A stretch of 19,867 nucleotides of DNA from Candidatus Fraserbacteria bacterium (GTDB lineage Bacteria > Bipolaricaulota > Bipolaricaulia > RBG-16-55-9): positions 1 through 19,867 of the forward strand of contig JBBIPG010000042.1 in the NCBI GenBank assembly GCA_037442925.1, written 5' to 3'. This document shows, piece after piece, positions 1-5,763 of this stretch; the first letter of the stretch is position 1, and each line of letters begins with the position of its first letter. The translations under genes were made by a program, and so were the position numbers. The notes beneath the pieces were generated by a model. The model worked only from the letters and a program-made list of their open reading frames with translations. It searched no databases and was not told the DNA's origin.

Positions 1-120
1 TGGCTCAATCGCTACCGGAGGTTGAAGGTGCGCTATGAGCGGCGTGCGGAGATCCATCAGGCGTTCCTCTCGGTAGGCTGTGCGCTCATCGTCTGGCACT
101 ATGTCCAACGGTTTTGTTAG
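1..120 (+). CDS. IS5-family transposase, C-terminal fragment (5' part lies outside the window)
   Basis: Frame 1 reads WLNRYRRLKVRYERRAEIHQAFLSVGCALIVWHYVQRFC*, matching the WLxxxRRLxxRYERxAxxxxAFL C-terminal signature of IS5-family DDE transposases. Not in the ORF track. Confidence 0.88.
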   Translation, partial: WLNRYRRLKVRYERRAEIHQAFLSVGCALIVWHYVQRFC

Positions 121-126
121 AGGCTC
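1..126 (+). mobile_element. Right end of an IS5-family insertion sequence; probable TAA target duplication at 127-129
   Basis: The transposase stop overlaps TTTTGTTAGAGGCTC (reverse complement GAGCCTCTAACAAAA), followed by TAA, a TA/TNA-type target typical of IS5-family subgroups. The left end is not visible. Confidence 0.72.
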
Positions 127-310
127 TAAACCTGAGCTTGAGGCCAAGCATCACGGTGCCTATGTGGCGATCGAAGTCAACAGCGGTGCCTACTTTGTGG
201 GCCAAACTACCGAAGAAGCCTTCCAGCAAGCTGAAAGAGCCTTCCCCAAGAAGGCCTTCTGCTTAATTCGCATTGGGTATAAGGCCGTACACAAGCTGAA
301 GCACTCCTGA
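127..310 (+). pseudogene. 3' remnant of a DUF5678-like small protein interrupted by the IS
   Basis: KPELEAKHHGAYVAIEVNSGAYFVGQTTEEAFQQAERAFPKKAFCLIRIG starts right at the IS end. The G-x-YVAI...EEA...A...P pattern resembles DUF5678-type proteins. The N-terminus of track ORF 80..310 is IS sequence. Confidence 0.65.
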
Positions 311-398
311 CGGTTGACTACCCGCAAGGGCGGGTCAAACTGGAGCGGAGCGGTGGACCTCAAAGGTCAAGGTAAAAAGCCCGGAGTGGACCCTTGCG

Positions 399-436
399 TG
401 CTTTTCTGTCAACGGATGGGGAGCGGATGAACGGAT
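399..436 (+). repeat. Cassette-boundary repeat R1
   Basis: TGCTTTTCTGTCAACGGATGGGGAGCGGATGAACGGAT; 405-435 is identical over 31 bp to 4052-4082. Confidence 0.93.
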
Positions 437-516
437 TCGTCTTACCCTGGTGGATTCTTGAAGCTACAATGTCGTGATTGAAGGGATAGCTATGGATCTC
501 GTTACATGATGCCTGG

Positions 517-1449
517 CTAGACATTGGCAGCAATCCATTCCGCCGTGATCCTCACAATCTCTTCAAAGGCTTCACGAAAGCTTGCACCAGGGTAACCGAC
601 AAGTTCGGGAATCATGATCTGGTTCCATCCGAAGGCAAGCAGTGAATGTTCCACTACATCGCGTAGGCGGGAACTCAACAAGTAGGAACTGTTGCTCAAG
701 TCAATGATCTCATGCTCTAAAGTCAATACGTGTGAGACGAAGGCAAAGATCGAATGTAGATACCGCCATCTAGGACCGGGGGAGTTGATCCCCATAAGAT
801 TCCGCCACTTGTTGGCATCCAGGTAATACGATCCAAGAGGAGCTCCTTTCGTGTTGTAAGTACGAATGAGCTGAGCCTCAGCCAGCTCATCTGCGGCACG
901 CCTTATGGCGCGCGGCGCGTAAGCAGTTGCATAAGCGAGAGCCTTGACTGTTGCTGATCTCTCCTCCAATCCAAGGAGCACACTCAGCAGATCCGCTTTG
1001 ATACCGACTCCAAGTCCTAATCGCATGCGCAACATCAAGCTAGATGGCTCTAACAGCGGAGCAGTTGGTTCTGTTCCTTTCTTCGGACGAGCAGGTGAAC
1101 TGGGTGCGGAAGCCGGGAGTGACTTCCAGCGAAAATCTTTACCTTCTCTTAGAGCAAGATACACAAACTCTTTGAGCTTCTGCTGGGCGAGTTCTGGATA
1201 TGCTTTGGAAACGTTTTTCATCCGTTGCACGCTCAGGAGTCTTGAACGGTGTATGGCCCACCAAGAAAGGACATCCCAGAGTCGATGTTCTTTCTCACGG
1301 AGTATTAGGGAAAGCAATACCAGAGCTTCCGGATCTATAATTGCAGTAGCCTTGCGCTTTGAGGAGGCAAACGAACCAACGGCATCCCATTGCCTCCATG
1401 CAGCTTCAGTTGCTACCTCTTGAAGGTGTTGCATCACCCTAGTCAACAT
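517..1449 (-). CDS. Hypothetical protein (310 aa) with a central winged-HTH-like segment; putative antitoxin/regulator partner of the nucleotidyltransferase
   Basis: ATG at 1449 (MLTRVMQH) overlaps the upstream gene's stop (1439-1441), so it is a more plausible start than 1554. ATVKALAYATAYAPRAIRRAADELAEAQLI looks like an HTH. Confidence 0.68.
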   Translation of the reverse strand: MLTRVMQHLQEVATEAAWRQWDAVGSFASSKRKATAIIDPEALVLLSLILREKEHRLWDVLSWWAIHRSRLLSVQRMKNVSKAYPELAQQKLKEFVYLALREGKDFRWKSLPASAPSSPARPKKGTEPTAPLLEPSSLMLRMRLGLGVGIKADLLSVLLGLEERSATVKALAYATAYAPRAIRRAADELAEAQLIRTYNTKGAPLGSYYLDANKWRNLMGINSPGPRWRYLHSIFAFVSHVLTLEHEIIDLSNSSYLLSSRLRDVVEHSLLAFGWNQIMIPELVGYPGASFREAFEEIVRITAEWIAANV

Positions 1450-2047
1450 TGGTGTGGGACCGATCAAGATCTTGGCGAAGCCGATCCAAAACCTGATCCA
1501 GTATTTGCCCGAAACCCTCAGACATGTCTTGGGACCGGACCCAGCGTGCAGCATCTTCGACCTCTTGCTGAGACGGGTGAAGGGCGCGCAGGTCCTGATA
1601 ATGAATCTCTGTGGGAGCGCTATCTACTGCCGCATACAGCTTAAAGAAGATCAGATCGTAACGCGACACGATTCCTACGTGAAGCCCTCTGTACCGCCTC
1701 CACTCCAATCGATCCTCTAGACTAGGGGGTAGCCCAGAACGCCATTGCGATCCTGCGACAGCGTTCATCCAGTCTTCGGGGAGCCCGAAATCTCTTGCGA
1801 CTCTTTTGATGGCTTGGGTAAGAGATTCTGGCAAAGGATTGGGAGGGCGCAGTGTCACTTTGGGTTCGGTTACAGGTTGTGAACCTATCGCAAGGATATC
1901 CACATCTTTCGTGGTTCGATGTACGATCCCCAGCAGGTTGAGAGCGGTGCCCCCCAAGACCACAATGCCCACTTCCTCACGCTGGGATTCCAAGATTTCG
2001 CCCACAGCATTCAGGGCTTTTTCAATATCTAATGGTTCTTCGCTCAT
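1439..2047 (-). CDS. Nucleotidyltransferase, DUF6036/AbiEii-like (putative type IV TA toxin)
   Basis: VVLGGTAL...HRTTKDVDIL motif (GG..A, RxTxDxD) and a C-terminal LIFFKLYAA...HYQDL segment, as in Pol-beta-superfamily AbiEii-like NTases. Confidence 0.82.
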   Translation of the reverse strand: MSEEPLDIEKALNAVGEILESQREEVGIVVLGGTALNLLGIVHRTTKDVDILAIGSQPVTEPKVTLRPPNPLPESLTQAIKRVARDFGLPEDWMNAVAGSQWRSGLPPSLEDRLEWRRYRGLHVGIVSRYDLIFFKLYAAVDSAPTEIHYQDLRALHPSQQEVEDAARWVRSQDMSEGFGQILDQVLDRLRQDLDRSHTNVD

Positions 2048-2069
2048 CGTTCATCGCCTTGGATATAGT

Positions 2070-2124
2070 GACTATTATAGTCCATATGGAAGACTATTAT
2101 AGTCCTACTTGGGAGCTAAGTCAA
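2070..2124 (-). promoter_or_regulatory. Sigma70-type promoter overlapped by two palindromic operators
   Basis: Minus strand TTGACT (2124-2119)-17 bp-TATAAT (2101-2096). Palindrome GACTAT-T-ATAGTC occurs identically at 2070-2082 and 2092-2104; the second copy contains the -10. Confidence 0.85.
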
Positions 2125-2138
2125 GATCTACTCACGGC

Positions 2139-2164
2139 ACGGATCGGGTAACAGATTAGCGGAT
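2139..2164 (+). repeat. Partial boundary repeat R2a (right portion only)
   Basis: ACGGATCGGGTAACAGATTAGCGGAT matches 2268-2293 at 24/26. Confidence 0.85.
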
Positions 2165-2166
2165 GA

Positions 2167-2293
2167 GGGTATGGCTATTGGGTTGGCTGCGCTCATTGGG
2201 GCTTGGCGTAAATTGCGGACTCATCCACGTCGGTGAAGAGCTTCCTTCTCTCTTTGCTTATCTGTCAACGGATCGGGGAACGGATTAGCGGAT
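2167..2293 (+). repeat. ~127-bp direct repeat, copy 1 (mini-ORF 3' half + pyrimidine tract + boundary repeat R2b at 2255-2293)
   Basis: Aligns by eye with 3075-3202 with about 16 differences (~87% identity). Confidence 0.95.
2171..2236 (+). pseudogene. Truncated copy of the small membrane peptide gene (MAIGLAALIGAWRKLRTHPRR)
   Basis: Homologous to the 3' part of 3034-3144; homology begins 2 nt after R2a. Confidence 0.5.
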
Positions 2294-2310
2294 AGAAGAC
2301 ATCGCCTGCG

Positions 2311-2337
2311 ATCTGCTAATCTGTTACGCGATTGTGC
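2311..2337 (-). repeat. Inverted copy of the repeat's right portion
   Basis: The reverse complement of 2311-2332 matches 2143-2164 at 20/22, with weaker pairing further out. Confidence 0.8.
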
Positions 2338-2407
2338 ATTTGAGTCAAGGCAAGGGCAGAAATTCCCAACGGTACATGTTCTGTTTCCTTTACCCTACCT
2401 CATCGAC

Positions 2408-2437
2408 TTGCAAGATTGTAAGAGCAGATGGTAAACT
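2408..2437 (+). promoter_or_regulatory. Putative promoter of hicB-hicA
   Basis: TTGCAA-18 bp-TAAACT with an extended -10 TG; purine-rich RBS region before ATG 2474. Confidence 0.5.
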
Positions 2438-2473
2438 GACTATGCTTTCACCTAGAGGAGATGAAAGGCGCCT

Positions 2474-2767
2474 ATGTCTGTCAAGAGCATTACGTTCAGA
2501 GTGGGGATCGTCATAGAACCAGATGACGATCAATACCACGCTTATTGCCCCGCATTAGAGGGACTTCATGTAAGCGGCACTACAGAAGCAGAAGCTTTAC
2601 AACATGCAAGAGATGCTGTTATGGCCTACCTGCGCTCTTTAATTAAGCATGGCGACCCCATTCCTTTAGGGATCATATCAGAAGTTGAGACATATGAAGG
2701 CTCGAAGCCGCATCCTTCGCGACATATACATCAGCATATTGAGGAGCTGGCTCTTGCGACTACATGA
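2474..2767 (+). CDS. hicB: HicB-family antitoxin (short, no obvious C-terminal DNA-binding domain)
   Basis: IEPDDDQYHAYCPALEGLHVSGTTEAEALQHARDAV...LIKHGDPIP is the typical HicB partial RNase H fold; ATGA overlap with the next gene. Confidence 0.92.
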   Translation: MSVKSITFRVGIVIEPDDDQYHAYCPALEGLHVSGTTEAEALQHARDAVMAYLRSLIKHGDPIPLGIISEVETYEGSKPHPSRHIHQHIEELALATT

Positions 2768-3021
2768 GCTATCCTCGGCATGTCTGGAATCAGCTTAAAA
2801 ACCTCACTGCAAAAGACTTAGCCAATGCCTTAGAGAAAGACGGATGGATACGTGATGAAAAGCAGGGTGCCGTGCAAGTCTATCGCCACCCTGACGGTAA
2901 GCGAGTCACAATCCATTTTCACCCAGGCAAGACCTATGGGGCTCGTTTGCTCAAGCAACTTCTCAAGGACATCGGCTGGTCCATTGCTGACATGCAACGG
3001 TTGAAGCTCGTTAGACGCTAA
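2764..3021 (+). CDS. hicA: HicA-family toxin (atypical, lacks the GSH motif)
   Basis: AKDLANALEKDGW...YRHPDGKRVTIHFHPGKTYGARLLKQLLKDIGW is a dsRBD-like HicA pattern; coupled to hicB. Confidence 0.87.
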   Translation: MSYPRHVWNQLKNLTAKDLANALEKDGWIRDEKQGAVQVYRHPDGKRVTIHFHPGKTYGARLLKQLLKDIGWSIADMQRLKLVRR

Positions 3022-3033
3022 GAAAGAATAGGC

Positions 3034-3144
3034 ATGAACAGTGTGACCTTACTACTGATTCTTGTGTTCTCGGCGGGTATGGCTATTGGGTTGGCTGCGC
3101 TCATTTGGGCTTGGCTCAAACTGCGAACTCATCCCCGTCGGTGA
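3034..3144 (+). CDS. Putative small single-pass membrane peptide (36 aa)
   Basis: MNSVTLLLILVFSAGMAIGLAALIWAWLKLRTHPRR*: long hydrophobic run plus basic tail. ATG lies 13 nt after the hicA stop. Below the ORF-track size cutoff. Confidence 0.6.
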   Translation: MNSVTLLLILVFSAGMAIGLAALIWAWLKLRTHPRR

Positions 3145-3202
3145 AGGTCTTGCTTCTCTTTTTTGCTTGTCTGTCAACGGATGGAGCAGCGGATTAGCGG
3201 AT
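3075..3202 (+). repeat. ~128-bp direct repeat, copy 2 (includes boundary repeat R3 at 3164-3202)
   Basis: Aligns with 2167-2293. R3 = TGCTTGTCTGTCAACGGATGGAGCAGCGGATTAGCGGAT. Confidence 0.95.
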
Positions 3203-3230
3203 GAGGCGCTGGTAATTTATAATCGGAGCG

Positions 3231-3476
3231 ATGGTTATGGACATCAAGAAACAGCTTGAAGCGTTTGATAGCAACTTCGTCTGGCTGGATGAGAATTATG
3301 ACGAGCTGACACACAGATACGCGGAACAATATGTAGCTGTTCTGCACCAGAAAGTAGTCGCGCATGACGCTGACTTAGATCGTTTGATGGAAAAGCTGAG
3401 GGCTAAATACCCTGACGAGGTCAACGCTATTGCAGTGGAATATGTGACGAAACAGAAGTTCCAGATGGTGTTATGA
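3231..3476 (+). CDS. DUF5678-family small protein
   Basis: WLDENYDELTHRYAEQYVAVLHQKVVAHDADLDRLMEKLRAKYP. TATAAT at 3218-3223 lies just upstream. Start is 3231 or 3237. ATGA overlap with the protease gene. Confidence 0.82.
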   Translation: MVMDIKKQLEAFDSNFVWLDENYDELTHRYAEQYVAVLHQKVVAHDADLDRLMEKLRAKYPDEVNAIAVEYVTKQKFQMVL

Positions 3477-3919
3477 GGATCGAAGGCCGCTGGAGCACAG
3501 CCGGCACTCCCTATGTGATTGCCTTTCTTGTCTGCCCAAAGCTCAACCTCCAAGAAAGTATAGCCTTCCTCGTTGACACCGGTGCATCCGCCACCGTGAT
3601 CATGGACAACGATGCTCACAGACTGAAGATCGATTATGCCGCGCTCAAGAGGCGTAAGGAGAAGACCACGGGAGTCGGGGGCTCCGTGGATACCTACATT
3701 CTGCCAGACGTAAGACTTTACTTCCGCACTGCTGATGGCAAGCTACACGAAGAGCGGATGGGCGACATTTCGGTGCTCAAGCATGCGATCAAGAACGAGG
3801 AAGAGGCAGCCCGAATCAGGAAGCTGCCCAGCCTATTAGGACGAGATTTCCTAAACCGCTACAAAGCTATGCTGGACAGGGCCAGTGACCGATTGACCAT
3901 CACAGATGAATCTACTTGA
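3473..3919 (+). CDS. Retropepsin-like (clan AA) aspartic protease
   Basis: FLVDTGAS catalytic motif, GVGG flap and SLLGRDFL C-terminal motif. Confidence 0.92.
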   Translation: MRIEGRWSTAGTPYVIAFLVCPKLNLQESIAFLVDTGASATVIMDNDAHRLKIDYAALKRRKEKTTGVGGSVDTYILPDVRLYFRTADGKLHEERMGDISVLKHAIKNEEEAARIRKLPSLLGRDFLNRYKAMLDRASDRLTITDEST

Positions 3920-3937
3920 CCTTGCCCCGTAAGCATG

Positions 3938-3969
3938 TAGCCAGTTCTGGCTATAGCCAAAGTTGGCTA
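3938..3969. promoter_or_regulatory. Two abutting 16-bp palindromes (operator-like)
   Basis: TAGCCAG-TT-CTGGCTA (3938-3953) and TAGCCAA-AG-TTGGCTA (3954-3969), both with perfect arms. Function is inferred only. Confidence 0.55.
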
Positions 3970-3990
3970 GACCGTTTTTGCATCTTCATG

Positions 3991-4046
3991 CCCTATTCAT
4001 CCTGCTTTGGGAGGACTGGAATAGGGACCGGTCCTCTCTCTTTTTT
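3991..4046 (+). terminator. Possible stem-loop/terminator closing the protease cassette
   Basis: CCCTATTC...GAATAGGG stem with inner TCCT/AGGA, followed by CTCTCTCTTTTTT. Confidence 0.4.
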
Positions 4047-4082
4047 GCTTGTCTGTCAACGGATGGGGAGCGGATGAACGGA
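4046..4082 (+). repeat. Cassette-boundary repeat R4
   Basis: TGCTTGTCTGTCAACGGATGGGGAGCGGATGAACGGA; 36/37 identical to 399-435. Confidence 0.93.
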
Positions 4083-4121
4083 GACTAAGCCTTTGGTTCA
4101 ATCGCCCGAGGACGCCTGACC

Positions 4122-4150
4122 TTGCGATCCAAAGCATTTTTCACTACGCT
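4122..4150 (+). promoter_or_regulatory. Putative promoter of the rplI operon
   Basis: TTGCGA-17 bp-TACGCT; RBS AAGGGGG at 4171-4177. Confidence 0.5.
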
Positions 4151-4183
4151 AATCGAGATTTGCACCAACCAAGGGGGATGCAC

Positions 4184-4648
4184 ATGCACGTTTTGTTGAC
4201 GCAAACCGTTGAGAAACTCGGCGAAGCTGGGGATGTCGTGAAGGTCGCTCCCGGCTACGCCCGCAATTATCTTTTACCCAAGGGACTGGCCGTAGAGCCT
4301 ACGCCTCATAACATCGAGCGATTCAAGGTAACCCGTGAAAAGCGCGCGACGGAAATGAAGGAGCGTGAAGAGTACGCCCGCACCCTCAAGCAAAGGCTCG
4401 ATGGCACCGTGCTTACGTTCTATCGCAAGGCCCATGACCAGAAACTCTATAGCTCCGTACGCCCGGAGGAGATCGCTGCTCAGCTCTCTGAACAATTCCA
4501 GGCCGAGATTGAGAAGGGACGCGTGCGGATGGATGCACCCATCGAGGCGCTGGGCCGCCATGCTGTGAAGATCGAGCTCTACAAAGACATCGCCGCCGAG
4601 ATCCGCGTGGAGGTCCTCGAAGAATCGAAATCCTCACAAACGGAATGA
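4184..4648 (+). CDS. rplI: 50S ribosomal protein L9
   Basis: MHVLLTQTVEKLGEAGDVVKVAPGYARNYLLPKGLA is the L9 N-terminal signature. Start reassigned from 4049 to 4184 on RBS and motif grounds. Confidence 0.97.
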   Translation: MHVLLTQTVEKLGEAGDVVKVAPGYARNYLLPKGLAVEPTPHNIERFKVTREKRATEMKEREEYARTLKQRLDGTVLTFYRKAHDQKLYSSVRPEEIAAQLSEQFQAEIEKGRVRMDAPIEALGRHAVKIELYKDIAAEIRVEVLEESKSSQTE

Positions 4649-5742
4649 ACGTCCGTCTGGTGCTGATCATACTCAGCTTGACCCTAGGGGGAATCAATCT
4701 CTCAATTCCCGTAGATGCGTTCGTTCCTTCGGGGTTTCTGTCTCTTAAAGAGTCTCAATCCCCCTTGGGTTGGGGAGGCGTCTATCATCGTGTCGATGGC
4801 GTCACACGCAGCGGTTGGGTGACTGTCCAGTACATCACGCTCGATCCGAGTCGCTGGCGCCCCGCGATTGCTCATTCCTCTACAGGAATCGGGACGGTCA
4901 GCTCTGTGGCCGCTATGGTTCGCGAGACAAATGCCGTAGCAGGGATCAACGCGAACTTCTTCGATCCTCCCACGGGGCTGCCTATTGGGTTCCTTCTCAA
5001 AGACGGACAAGTGCTCAACACTCCCTACTTGAATCGCGCGACGTTGGCCATCAGTTTCTTCGGTGAGCTTCACTTCGTAAACCCCCACATTTCGCTCACC
5101 CTTCGAACGCCTCACGGCACAATCACCGTGGACGGGATCAATCGCCCTCTGTCTCGCGACGCGCTCATCGTCTACACGCCTGAGTACGCTGGCCCCAGGG
5201 GCCTTTGGAACAATGCGCGTGTCGTCGCCATCCAAGGAGACCAGGTCAAGTGGATCGGCTCGGAGCGCAGCGTCCGCTTCACAGAGCGAGGCATGTACTG
5301 GCTCGCTGCTACAGGAAGTGCGAAGAATCGCCTGGCGAATCTCCTGCCCGCAGAGCGCGTCAAGCTCGACTATGCCATGAGCCCTGAACTCTATCTACTT
5401 CGAGATGCCTTCCAAGCAGGGCCGATGCTTCTTCGTGAGGGACAGATTGCTCTTGTTTACGAAGGTTTTCAAGCGGATATGCTCCAGAAACCGGCAGCCC
5501 GCAGTGCTTTAGCGCGCACCCGCGATGGAACGCTGATTTTGCTCATCGTAACCCGAGGCAATGGATCCGTGGGGATGAACTTATACGAACTTGCGCAATT
5601 TCTGCGCACGCTGGGTGCCGTTGATGCAATGGCTCTAGACGGTGGAGGCTCCAGTTCTTTGGTCTTTCAGGACGGAACCCGCCTGCGAACCCTCGGAAGC
5701 AGCCGAGAGATTCCCGTCAGCTTGGTCTTCTTGCGCCGGTAG
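4645..5742 (+). CDS. Exported phosphodiester glycosidase (NAGPA-like) family protein
   Basis: Signal-like N-terminus; AGINANFF, AGPMLL, ARSAL and AMALDGGGSS motifs. Confidence 0.88.
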   Translation: MNVRLVLIILSLTLGGINLSIPVDAFVPSGFLSLKESQSPLGWGGVYHRVDGVTRSGWVTVQYITLDPSRWRPAIAHSSTGIGTVSSVAAMVRETNAVAGINANFFDPPTGLPIGFLLKDGQVLNTPYLNRATLAISFFGELHFVNPHISLTLRTPHGTITVDGINRPLSRDALIVYTPEYAGPRGLWNNARVVAIQGDQVKWIGSERSVRFTERGMYWLAATGSAKNRLANLLPAERVKLDYAMSPELYLLRDAFQAGPMLLREGQIALVYEGFQADMLQKPAARSALARTRDGTLILLIVTRGNGSVGMNLYELAQFLRTLGAVDAMALDGGGSSSLVFQDGTRLRTLGSSREIPVSLVFLRR

Positions 5743-5763
5743 AGTTCAGCTGAGCGACGTATT

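Noticed and set aside
80..310. Track ORF of 76 aa as an intact gene
   Set aside because: Its N-terminal part lies inside the IS and overlaps the transposase; it is a chimeric frame.
1450..1554. Longer start for the wHTH gene
   Set aside because: It would overlap the NTase gene by over 100 nt; the coupled ATG at 1449 is more plausible.
3062..3259. Track ORF of 65 aa across the long repeat
   Set aside because: It is an alternative frame crossing non-coding repeat R3; the frame conserved between copies is that of the 36-aa peptide.
4030..4059. Leftward promoter from the TTGACA that each repeat carries on the minus strand
   Set aside because: No -10-like hexamer at the expected spacing in the copies checked (R1 and R4).
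399..4082. CRISPR array interpretation of the ~38-bp repeats
   Set aside because: The intervals are 0.9-1.9 kb and contain genes; there are no short regular spacers and no cas genes.
399..4082. Classical integron attC sites
   Set aside because: No RYYYAAC...GTTRRRY palindromic structure in the repeat and no integrase in the window.
4049..4183. N-terminal extension of L9
   Set aside because: It runs through repeat R4 and the promoter; the RBS and L9 motif indicate a start at 4184.
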